A stretch of 64,000 nt of DNA from a bacterium (GTDB lineage Bacteria; UBA8248), in assembly GCA_965221165.1 (NCBI GenBank), contig CBDCRP010000003.1, forward strand, positions 672,001 through 736,000, read 5' to 3'. Positions 49,023-57,589 of the stretch are shown here, one piece after another. The position numbers were made by a program, and so were the translations under genes. Below the pieces are notes generated by a model, which was given only the letters and a program-made list of their open reading frames with translations, did no database searches and was not told the origin of the DNA. Numbering within the stretch: position 1 is the first letter of the stretch; each line of letters opens with the position of its first letter.

Positions 49023-50008
49023 TGGAAACCGAAGAAACGGCGCAACCGGCGAGCACCCCCGCCTATCCCTACTCGTCTCTCTTAAGGATCACCCACTGGC
49101 TGAACGTCCCCCTCCTGCTCCTCATGATGGCGAGCGGGTTTCAGATATGGTGGGCATACCCCGCGTTCGGGCCGGACAGGCCCAACCCGGAGGCCATCTT
49201 CGAATCACTGCGGGGCACGGAGGTACAGGCCGACCCGCGCGCCATCAACCTGGGCGCCGACTACAGGGTTTTCGTCCAAGGCCTCACGAAAACCTTCGGC
49301 ATCGGGGAATGGCTCGCGGGCGCGCTGCGCTGGCACTTCGCTCTCATGTGGCCCTACACCATCAACGGGCTGATTTTCCTTCTTCTCCTGCTCTTGACGG
49401 AGGAAGGGAGGCACTACCGAATAAGGCAGGGAGATTTCTCCGGCGCGAAGGAGATGCTCTTACACCCCATCAAAACCTTTCACCATCCTCCCGGAGAGGG
49501 AAAATTCAACCCGATACAAAAACTCGCGTACAACACCGTCATACTGGCCGGGGTGATGTCCGTCCTCACGGGTCTCGCCATCCTCAAACCCGTCCAGTTC
49601 AAGTGGCTGACCCGGCTTTTCGGGGGCTATCAGCCGAGCAGATTCCTGCATTTTCTCGTCATGTTGTTTCTCGTCATTTTCATGATCGGCCATTTTCTCA
49701 TGGTGATATCCCACGGATGGCGGCGAGGGCTTGCACCCATGATCGTCGGAATCAAGGCGGAGCGCGACGCTTTTCAGGCCAGACAAAGGCAATTCGCCAA
49801 AAATCTCGGCCGCGTAGCCGCCGAGGGAGCGATTCTGCTGGTTTCCTTTTGGCTCGGAACCCTCATCGCGGATATGATGAACGCAGCCTTGGGCGGCGAG
49901 GCATCGGGCGCGTGGTTCGGCGCGCTCGGCTACCTCTTCGTGCGGGCGGGCCTCATGCGAGGGGGGCGCATCGAAGGCTTTCGCTGGAAGCGAAGCCTCG
50001 GGAGTTGA
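49019..50008 (+). CDS. cytochrome b/b6 domain membrane protein (YdhU/PhsC-like)
   Basis: RITHW, RWHF, FNPIQKLAY, RFLHF..GH heme His pattern; ATGA overlap. Confidence 0.88.
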   Translation: MMETEETAQPASTPAYPYSSLLRITHWLNVPLLLLMMASGFQIWWAYPAFGPDRPNPEAIFESLRGTEVQADPRAINLGADYRVFVQGLTKTFGIGEWLAGALRWHFALMWPYTINGLIFLLLLLLTEEGRHYRIRQGDFSGAKEMLLHPIKTFHHPPGEGKFNPIQKLAYNTVILAGVMSVLTGLAILKPVQFKWLTRLFGGYQPSRFLHFLVMLFLVIFMIGHFLMVISHGWRRGLAPMIVGIKAERDAFQARQRQFAKNLGRVAAEGAILLVSFWLGTLIADMMNAALGGEASGAWFGALGYLFVRAGLMRGGRIEGFRWKRSLGS

Positions 50009-50012
50009 GCGA

Positions 50013-50303
50013 ATGAGCACGGAAGAACAAATGGAATTCATACTGCCGACCAAACTGGCGAAGCGTAGGCTTTTCGTGGGCAGGCTGGTTTTGAGCGTCG
50101 TTTGCATCAACGCGCTTCTCTCTCTCCTCGCCGCATATCTGCTGAGCGGGCCGATGACCTGGCTAACGCGGTTTGAGTTCGGGTTCCTGGCCTGGGCCTC
50201 CATCTTATTCCCGACTTCTCTCGTTCTGGCGGTCCCGATAATGGCGCCCATCATCATTAAAATACTGAAATCCCCGCCTGCGTCCTCTGAAGAGAGAAGA
50301 TGA
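50013..50303 (+). CDS. small membrane protein
   Basis: Two hydrophobic segments; ATGA overlap with next gene. Confidence 0.65.
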   Translation: MSTEEQMEFILPTKLAKRRLFVGRLVLSVVCINALLSLLAAYLLSGPMTWLTRFEFGFLAWASILFPTSLVLAVPIMAPIIIKILKSPPASSEERR

Positions 50304-51112
50304 AAAAAGGCGAAAAGCGAAACCCAGGCGTTGGCGTGGACAAGTCTTCATCGTCCCGGCGCGGATTCATGAAAATGCTCCTTGGCCTCGCCTCCGTATT
50401 CATGGCCGGGTGTTCCCGCCTGAACGAAGAGCCCAAGGTGCAGGCCGTCCTCAGTTGGTTCGATCGCCTGAACCACAAGGTGGGCCTCATGACGGACAGC
50501 AACCACCGACTGGCGCGCACCTACCCCAGAAGCGCCGTTCAGCCCGAACAAATGCGGCCCAACGGCTCGGTGGTCTCGCCGAACTCCCAGCTCATCCAGA
50601 CGCCCCCCGAGAAGTGGCGCCTCGTCGTGGGGGAAGCCCATCTGCAAAAGGGCCGGATGATGAAAAGACACTGGGCCAGGGAATACACGCTTGCGCAGCT
50701 TCGCGAGATGCCCGTTCTCGAGCAGACGGTGGAGCACGTTTGCGTCGAGGGCTGGAGCGCCATCTGCCACTGGCAGGGAGTGCACCTCGCGCGCTTCATC
50801 GAGATGCACAAGCTCAGGCCCGAGAGCCGCTACGTGTTCTTCCTGTGCGACGACATGCTCGCCACCGCGAACGGGCACGAGCGCTACAGCGTGACGTTCG
50901 ACTTAAAGCAGGCGATGCACCCGCAGAACGTGCTGGCGTATGAATACAACGGCGAGACGCTGCCCGTGAACCACGGCGCTCCCATCCGCCTCGCCTCGCC
51001 CGCGAACGTGGGCTGGAAGAGCGCGAAATTCCTGCGCTACGTCTTTTTCACGAACGAGGACCTGGGCGGATTATGGGAGAAGCAGGGGTATCCGCGCTAT
51101 TATGGATTCTGA
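50300..51112 (+). CDS. sulfite-oxidase-family molybdopterin oxidoreductase, Tat-exported putative lipoprotein
   Basis: SRRGFMK twin-Arg, MAGC, HVCVEGWS Mo-ligand Cys, HGAPIRL, GWKSAK, WEKQGY. Confidence 0.88.
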   Translation: MKKGEKRNPGVGVDKSSSSRRGFMKMLLGLASVFMAGCSRLNEEPKVQAVLSWFDRLNHKVGLMTDSNHRLARTYPRSAVQPEQMRPNGSVVSPNSQLIQTPPEKWRLVVGEAHLQKGRMMKRHWAREYTLAQLREMPVLEQTVEHVCVEGWSAICHWQGVHLARFIEMHKLRPESRYVFFLCDDMLATANGHERYSVTFDLKQAMHPQNVLAYEYNGETLPVNHGAPIRLASPANVGWKSAKFLRYVFFTNEDLGGLWEKQGYPRYYGF

Positions 51113-51126
51113 TGCCCCCGAAAGTC

Positions 51127-51156
51127 TTGACAAGCCCCCGCCCGCCTACATATAAA
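51127..51156 (+). promoter_or_regulatory. sigma70-type promoter for tRNA-Asn
   Basis: TTGACA-18 nt-TATAAA. Confidence 0.55.
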
Positions 51157-51221
51157 CCCCTTACGCTTGGGAGCCGGCGCCGATTCCGGTAGAATGCCGA
51201 CTCAAGCGGAACGCCTCTCGA

Positions 51222-51296
51222 TCCGGCGTAGCTCAACGGCAGAGCAATCGGCTGTTAACCGATGGGTTGTAGGTTCGAATCCTACCGCCGGAGCCA
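51222..51296 (+). tRNA. tRNA-Asn (GTT)
   Basis: Cloverleaf; ATCGG-CTGTTAA-CCGAT; GGTTCGAATCC; encoded CCA. Confidence 0.95.
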
Positions 51297-51425
51297 GGAA
51301 ATACTATAAGTATTTGATTTTATTATCCTTAATAAATAGAAAGAAATGTCCGACCCACCATTCGGCCCACGAAGAATTACTGAATAATGGGCATCCGGCA
51401 CCAGTGAAAAGACGGAGAAGTGCAA

Positions 51426-52058
51426 ATGAGTGTGTTTCAGGCCAATTGTCCGTACTGCGGGACAAAAGCCGTTGCATTTAAGATCGTTACAAGCCGACGA
51501 GTGCAATCGAGGACAAATAATCGGTGGGACTCTCTCGCGACTTGTGGATTCTGCACCCGCGGGATACTCGCGACCTTCGAGACGCTACAAACCAATACCA
51601 TTCCAGAAAAACTACTGGATTCAAACAGGGATAACGAAGTGGAGCTAAAGACGATTTCTCCATCGCCGCCAAGTACGGGAGCCCCAGCAGACACGCCTCC
51701 CAGGGCTGCGAACTACTACAGGCAAGGAATGGAAAACCTACGAAACAACTACGACGCCCCCGGCAGCATGTTTAGGTCAGCACTAGAGGCCGGCCTAAAA
51801 GAGAAATTTCCGGACATCGACGGCTCGTTGTACGAACGGATCGAGAAAGCGGCGAACCAACAAGGTTTGACTCCTGACTTGGCTGATTGGGCACATCGGA
51901 TTCGGCTCGATGGCAACGACGCGGTACATGGCGACGAGGAATTCTTGAAGGAGGATGCGGAGCGTCTTCACGCCTTCACCGAACTGGTCTTTCTATATCT
52001 GTTCACCTTGCCCGGGATGTTGGAGAAGGCCCGGGACGAACAGACGGATGGCGGCTGA
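51426..52058 (+). CDS. DUF4145 domain protein with N-terminal Zn ribbon
   Basis: CPYC..CGFC; MFRSALE, LYERIE, IRLDGNDAVH (RxxGNxxxH). Confidence 0.8.
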   Translation: MSVFQANCPYCGTKAVAFKIVTSRRVQSRTNNRWDSLATCGFCTRGILATFETLQTNTIPEKLLDSNRDNEVELKTISPSPPSTGAPADTPPRAANYYRQGMENLRNNYDAPGSMFRSALEAGLKEKFPDIDGSLYERIEKAANQQGLTPDLADWAHRIRLDGNDAVHGDEEFLKEDAERLHAFTELVFLYLFTLPGMLEKARDEQTDGG

Positions 52059-52084
52059 TCTGACGCAGCGCCTTGCGATTCCCC

Positions 52085-52942
52085 TCAAACGCCGTTTTTC
52101 GCTTTTTCGAGGGTGGCGACGTTCATCGGGTGCGCATTGCGGCGGCGTTTGTCGAAGCGGACGCCCAAACGCGCGGCCTCGGCGAGACTCAAGCCCGCTT
52201 CTCGCAATTCGTCTCGGCTGAACCCCTTGCCGGGCCTCCATTCTCCGCGCGCATCTCTCACGAGAGCGGAAAATCCATTTTGCGTGGCAAGCATTTCCGA
52301 TGGTTCATTCGGCTGCTCCCGAGGCGGGTCGGCGGCAACCTCGATGAGCGTCGAGAGCCCATCTTCCCCGGACGGTTCGGGCTCATCCGGCAATTCATCC
52401 GAGACCGCTGCCGCCAAGGGTTCCTCATGCGCAGGGGCGAGGTCGCCGGTAATTTCCGGTTCGCTTTCCTGAGGGATATCCGGCCCGGGTGCAGACGCCT
52501 TCACAACGCTTTCAGCCACAGCCGGGACGGCATCCTCATGCTCTTGCGGCGGCTCAGCCTCATCAGGCAAATCACTTGATTCCGGCGCAGACAAAACCTC
52601 GAAGTCGGCCCCATATCCTCGAGGTGGCTCGGGATCGTGAGAAGGCTCAAGTTCATTCGGCGACTCGTCTGCTCCCGACGCCGCCAGCAATTCAAAATCG
52701 GGGCCATAGTCTTTTTCCTGCATATCCATCCCGCTCCTCGAATCGGAGCGCGTTTGTTCACCGGAAGCCAATAAATCGAAGTCAGCGCCATATCCGCTTT
52801 CCTCCGCCCCAAGTGCGGAATCCGGGGATTTTCGCTTGACGGCAAAAGGCGGCGGGATTTCATACCCCTCTTCCCCCGGCCCGGGGGGTGCGGAGCGCTT
52901 GGAGCCGGCGATGCGGTTTAAGAGTTTCTTTCTGATTTGCAT
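52085..52942 (-). CDS. acidic repeat protein with C-terminal ribosomal protein eL13 (L13e)-like domain
   Basis: RPGKGFSRDELREAGL...LGVRFDKRRRNAHPMNV matches the L13e RxGRGFSxxELxxAG..G..D.RR pattern; AGGGG SD. Confidence 0.7.
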   Translation of the reverse strand: MQIRKKLLNRIAGSKRSAPPGPGEEGYEIPPPFAVKRKSPDSALGAEESGYGADFDLLASGEQTRSDSRSGMDMQEKDYGPDFELLAASGADESPNELEPSHDPEPPRGYGADFEVLSAPESSDLPDEAEPPQEHEDAVPAVAESVVKASAPGPDIPQESEPEITGDLAPAHEEPLAAAVSDELPDEPEPSGEDGLSTLIEVAADPPREQPNEPSEMLATQNGFSALVRDARGEWRPGKGFSRDELREAGLSLAEAARLGVRFDKRRRNAHPMNVATLEKAKNGV

Positions 52943-53195
52943 GCCCCCTCTTTCAACTCAGAAATTCATTGCGTGGATAATCTCTCGTCGAGGTATTACA
53001 GGGGGGGCGGTAACAAAACTGGATAGGCTACGGGTTAAAACTAACGATTCCAGAGGCTCGCTGTCAAGGCGCTCGCTCCCGAGCGCGCGCATGCGCCGGG
53101 GATGATCATCGGCGCGGGACGTCCACGAGGACGGGCGAATGCGCCCTCCTCCGTCAGTCCGCTTTTATCCGCCCCCCCTTGGCGCCGGTTGTATT

Positions 53196-53513
53196 CTATC
53201 CATCCCCCTGATGGATGGTTCTCAGGTCTCGCTCGAGATCTTCAAGGTCGTATTGGGCCGGCGCTTTTCTCGCGCGGGCATAATCCGTCATCTCCCACAA
53301 GGACACCCCGGCATCGCGAGCGGCCCGCGCGAGCGTGAGCTTTCCATCCCCGTACAGCCGGACGTAGTGCTCCAGCTTCCATTGCCGGATCGCGCTCGAG
53401 AGCAGCCGGCGCACGGTGGTTGAACGATCGGACTGCTCCACATCCTCGATGAGTTCCAATTCGCGGACCAACTCCAGGGGGAGTCTGGCGCCCACCATCC
53501 GTTCTTTCTTCAT
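53196..53513 (-). CDS. UPF0175 family putative antitoxin (RHH + HTH)
   Basis: VGARLP, DRSTTVR, YGDGKLTLARAARDAGVS, EDLERDL; ATGA overlap. Confidence 0.75.
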   Translation of the reverse strand: MKKERMVGARLPLELVRELELIEDVEQSDRSTTVRRLLSSAIRQWKLEHYVRLYGDGKLTLARAARDAGVSLWEMTDYARARKAPAQYDLEDLERDLRTIHQGDG

Positions 53514-54025
53514 CTCTTCGCCTCCCGTGCGAGTCTCAATACTTCCACCACGACGGCCGGGGAGAGCCATAATATCCGAGTGATATCCCGAATCGTGGCC
53601 TCGAATTCTCCCAAGTCAAGGTATCCTCGCAAGTACGCTTCCAACAATGCGCCGACGGCGCCCAAGTGTTCTACCCCGACCGCCGCGGCCACGCTTCGGG
53701 CTTCCTTGTCATCAGCGATCAGTCGCAGGCCCCGCAGGTCCGCGAGCGCGATGGACTCGGCCTCCCCCCGGTCCAGCCGGGAGCGCCCCATCAGCCGTTG
53801 CATCAGGTCTTGCTCCTCGGCGGTCAAGCGCACCGTCCGCAGCCAGCCGTCTTCCATAGCGGTCTCAAGTTGTTCCACGCCCAGGGCGCGAACAACCCTG
53901 CCGGTATCGATTGTCTCCTCCTTCACGACAGCCCCTATCAGCACCTCGCCGTAGAGTTCGTTCAAGAGTCCCAGACGCCCGAGCTTGGCGAGGACAATCA
54001 ACGAAGAGGCGTCGGCTACGATCAT
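53510..54025 (-). CDS. DUF3368 / PIN domain putative toxin
   Basis: IVADASSLI, LDRGEAESIALA, ADDKEAR. Confidence 0.85.
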   Translation of the reverse strand: MIVADASSLIVLAKLGRLGLLNELYGEVLIGAVVKEETIDTGRVVRALGVEQLETAMEDGWLRTVRLTAEEQDLMQRLMGRSRLDRGEAESIALADLRGLRLIADDKEARSVAAAVGVEHLGAVGALLEAYLRGYLDLGEFEATIRDITRILWLSPAVVVEVLRLAREAKR

Positions 54026-54152
54026 TCAATCTCCTTCAGAAATCTCACCACTACATTACCTGATGATAACATATTTTACAATTGTTTACAATTCGGGATT
54101 GACATGCTCTCCACCGCTGCTTGGCCACACCGGCTGGTGCACCCCTCCGCCG

Positions 54153-54914
54153 TCAGGCTCCTACCTCTTCCGCCAACTCCTCGGCGGTTTGTGCGATGAG
54201 CGCGATGTCCTGGGGTCTCGAGAGCCTGTGATCCCCATCCTTTACGAGCGTCAGGCGCACGTCGTCGCTTTTGAGGGCGCGCGCCAGGCGTAAACTCGTT
54301 TCCCACGGCACGCTCTCATCGCGCATCCCGTGGATGAGGCGAACGGGGCAAGCGAGCGGGATATCATCGCGCAGGAGCAGATGGTTCGCTCCCTCCTCGA
54401 GCAGTTTCCTGGTGATGGGGTATGGCGCCTCGTATTCCGATTCACGCATGAAGTACCCCTGCGCATCGAGTTCCCGCCGCGTGGCTTCGGCGAGCGCGCT
54501 GCGTATCAAATCCTCGGTGAAGTCGGGGGCCGCCGCCACTCCCACGATGCCCTCCACGCGCCCGGGCCGTGCCAGGGCGGCGAGCAGCATAATCCATCCG
54601 CCCATGCTCGATCCGACGAGCACCTGGGGACCCCGGGCGACGCGGTCCAGTATCGCGACGGCATCCTCCGCCCACTCCCCGATGGTTCCCTCCTCGAATT
54701 TTCCCGAAGATTCCCCGTGGCCGCCGTAATCGAAGCGGACGTAGGCGCGCCCCACCTCTCGGCAATGCGCCTCGAGCGCACTCGCCTTCGTCCCGCTCAT
54801 GTCCGAGTGAAAACCGCCCAGGAACATCAGGCCGGGAGATTTCCCCTCCAGCCGGAACCAGGCGAGCGAAGTCCCGCCCGGTCGAGAGAGGAAACTCGAA
54901 GCGGCGTCAGCCAT
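54153..54914 (-). CDS. alpha/beta hydrolase (ABHD10-like)
   Basis: GFHSDMSGTKA, GSSMGGW, APDF, GDHRLS. Confidence 0.9.
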   Translation of the reverse strand: MADAASSFLSRPGGTSLAWFRLEGKSPGLMFLGGFHSDMSGTKASALEAHCREVGRAYVRFDYGGHGESSGKFEEGTIGEWAEDAVAILDRVARGPQVLVGSSMGGWIMLLAALARPGRVEGIVGVAAAPDFTEDLIRSALAEATRRELDAQGYFMRESEYEAPYPITRKLLEEGANHLLLRDDIPLACPVRLIHGMRDESVPWETSLRLARALKSDDVRLTLVKDGDHRLSRPQDIALIAQTAEELAEEVGA

Positions 54915-54922
54915 TTTTCGTT

Positions 54923-55456
54923 CTAGGATGATTTCTTGAGATGTTCGAGCAAACGAGCGGGGACGCCCCGGACCGCAGCTTCCGCCGCTTCGTCCAGGCA
55001 CCGCCCATCCTCGTCGAATACCTTATGGACGCTCCCGATGGAGGCCTGGCCGGGCAGAACTTCTCCGCCGATATGGGTGAGAATGTGTCTTAAGTGCGAT
55101 AGCGCGTTGTCCGCGCTCGGCCCCATCGCCACACCCAGGATGGCGATGGTCTTGCCCTCGAACGTCGAGGGGTAGCCCAGGTTGTCTATAGCCAGTTTGA
55201 GCGTGCTGCTGATGCTGCCGTGATACTCGGGCGTCGCGATGAGGATTCCCGCCGCCCCCGTCACCAAACCTTTCAGCATCTCGGGGTCTTTCGATTCGCT
55301 CGGCTCTCCGGGCAGGGGCAAATCCAGATCGCCCAGATGCACGCGGGTGATCTCGAAATCACCCTCCCCCAACTCGTCGAGCGCGAGCGCAAGCGCCTTG
55401 TCCGTATTGTTTTGCGGCCTGCGACTACCGCCGAACACGAGAATATAGGGGGGCAT
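54923..55456 (-). CDS. NADPH-dependent FMN reductase
   Basis: GSRR, ATPEYHGSIS..LK..ID. Confidence 0.9.
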   Translation of the reverse strand: MPPYILVFGGSRRPQNNTDKALALALDELGEGDFEITRVHLGDLDLPLPGEPSESKDPEMLKGLVTGAAGILIATPEYHGSISSTLKLAIDNLGYPSTFEGKTIAILGVAMGPSADNALSHLRHILTHIGGEVLPGQASIGSVHKVFDEDGRCLDEAAEAAVRGVPARLLEHLKKSS

Positions 55457-55470
55457 TTCCGTCTTTTCGA

Positions 55471-56577
55471 TTAAGCAGCGACGCCCGCAGGCTCGGGAAG
55501 TACGATGGGCTCGGTATCCTTGAGAAGCGGCAGAACCTCCCTGCCGAAAATTTCCGCCTCTTCCTTGTGCGGCCATCCGTTCATGATGAAGTGGCGCACG
55601 CCCGCGTCGTAATACTCTCTAATGACGCCGGCGACCATCTCCGGCGTGCCGACGAACATGGTTCCAGCACCCCCACGCACCTTGTTCACCCCCATCCAAA
55701 TCGTATCGGTGAGCCAGAGACTCCCCCGGGAGCCCATCTCGTTGATGCGCATCTGGCCGGTGGATTCGGTGTTGTTCTTCATGTCGGCCCACGTACCCGT
55801 GTTCGAGATGTCGCTCCTGTCAATAAGCGCCTCGGCGGCGCGCACCGCCTCTTCCCTCGTCTCGCGCACGCAGACCAGATGGCGGATGCCGTAACTCAGC
55901 GGGCGCTCGCGGCCATATTCCTGCGACTTCTTCACGCCCTCCTCGATGTCCTTTCCGACGATTTCGGGTTCTGCGGCGTACATCACGTGCACATCCCCGT
56001 GCTCCCAGGCCACCCGCTTTCCCGGGTCCGAGCTGCCCGCCAGGAAGATCGGGGGGTTGGGCTTCGTCACCCTCTCGGGGAAGATGGCCGCATTTTCGAT
56101 TTCAAAGAATTTTCCCTTGTAGTCCAGCGGACCGTCCGAGTCCCACAGCTTGCGCACCACGTCGAGAAACTCCCCCGTGCGCGCATAGCGATCGTCATGC
56201 GGCATGAAATCCCCGTATCTTTTCTGATCGACGGGCGTGCTGCCCGTCACCACGTTCAGCGTACAGCGCCCGCCGGTCAGATAATCAAGGCTGTTCGCCT
56301 GCTGCGCCGCATAGACCGGGCCGGTGATTCCGGGCCTGAAAGCCACCAGAAACTTGATTTTTTTCGTTCGGCTCGATATCGCGCCAGCCGCCGTCCACGC
56401 ATCGATGCAGTGCGTGCCGCACGGCACCAGGATATTGGCGAAACCCGCCTCCTCGGCCGACCTCGTCACCTCGGCAAGATAGTCCAGGGTGGCGGGACGA
56501 TCAGGCGTCTTCTGGTTCACCTGCGTCCCGTCTCCCGCCCTGTGGGAGCAAAGCGCCCAGATATATTCGGTAGACAT
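55471..56577 (-). CDS. LLM-class flavin-dependent monooxygenase (SsuD-like)
   Basis: AEEAGF, FLVAFRPG, LNVVTG, HDDRYARTGEF, VGTPE. Confidence 0.88.
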   Translation of the reverse strand: MSTEYIWALCSHRAGDGTQVNQKTPDRPATLDYLAEVTRSAEEAGFANILVPCGTHCIDAWTAAGAISSRTKKIKFLVAFRPGITGPVYAAQQANSLDYLTGGRCTLNVVTGSTPVDQKRYGDFMPHDDRYARTGEFLDVVRKLWDSDGPLDYKGKFFEIENAAIFPERVTKPNPPIFLAGSSDPGKRVAWEHGDVHVMYAAEPEIVGKDIEEGVKKSQEYGRERPLSYGIRHLVCVRETREEAVRAAEALIDRSDISNTGTWADMKNNTESTGQMRINEMGSRGSLWLTDTIWMGVNKVRGGAGTMFVGTPEMVAGVIREYYDAGVRHFIMNGWPHKEEAEIFGREVLPLLKDTEPIVLPEPAGVAA

Positions 56578-56860
56578 ATATGACCTCCTGGATGCGTCCC
56601 TGACCGGCGCGACGCACAGGCCGAAAAAGCGTCAACATCTCAACCGGGGTACGTCCACCAAGATAAAGCCATCGCCATCATGAATCAAGCCCATGCGTCG
56701 AGCAGCCCGAAGATGCGCAGCAGCTTGAGGCATCGAGAATGAACGTACCGGAATCAGGCGAATATCCCGATGAATGGATCACGCGGGCGCGATAGCCTGC
56801 ACAAAATCACGGGAACCCCGAAGCGGCCCGGTCGAGCCGAATACCGATCGAAGCGAACTT

Positions 56861-57448
56861 TTATGGCTTTTTATCCAGGACGACCATGTAGAGACGCTCC
56901 CGCTTGCGTTCTACGATGACGTTGCGGCGCTCCATCTCGTGCCCCGACAGCCGCAACCACATCGAATACTCGCCAGGGCCAAGACTCTTCACTTCGAGCG
57001 CCGGATCGGCTTTGCCGTAATACCGGCTGTCGATGAAGACTTCCGCACCCGGCGGGTCCGAGCGGACGACCATGCGCCCGGCTCCGTCTCTCGTGAGCGT
57101 CATCTCGATGGGCATCTTCTTCACGCGCAAATCGACTTCCAGAACCTGGCCGGCAAAACCCGGAAACTCCGCCCGTATCGAATGACGCCCATAGTCCACG
57201 CCCTTCACCTCGACGGGCCTTAGGGAATACGCGGCCCCGCGCGGATTGCCGTTAAAAATAATGGCGGCGCCCTCAGGCTTGCTCGTCACGATGACGTCGC
57301 CCTTGCCCCTCGGGGTTTCGGCGGGTTTCTGCCCCCGCAAACACCCCGCTCCCGACGCCAGAGCGCAAAGTGCGAACAAAACGAGAATTGAACGGATGGA
57401 GCGCTTCAGTGGCCACATTGAAGCCGAGAGTCTTTTATTCATGCTCAT
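56861..57448 (-). CDS. PEGA domain (lipo)protein
   Basis: VTSKPEGA, VRSDPPGAEVFID; signal peptide with GAGC. Confidence 0.8.
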   Translation of the reverse strand: MSMNKRLSASMWPLKRSIRSILVLFALCALASGAGCLRGQKPAETPRGKGDVIVTSKPEGAAIIFNGNPRGAAYSLRPVEVKGVDYGRHSIRAEFPGFAGQVLEVDLRVKKMPIEMTLTRDGAGRMVVRSDPPGAEVFIDSRYYGKADPALEVKSLGPGEYSMWLRLSGHEMERRNVIVERKRERLYMVVLDKKP

Positions 57449-57589
57449 CCCCCCCTGTCTTGCTGAGTCCTGAGCCTTCCTCAAATGAGCCTTCCTCAAA
57501 TTTACCCTGTTTGGCGCATGAGTGAAAGTCGCCGCAACAGAGGAACCCGGAGTACGCTTGCCGATTCACCGCCCATGAGGAATGATGGG

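Noticed and set aside
51164-52910. Near-repeat CGCTTGG(G)AGCCGGCG at about 51164 and 52896 as att sites
   Set aside because: Short and imperfect, not the tRNA 3' end, and the second copy lies inside a CDS
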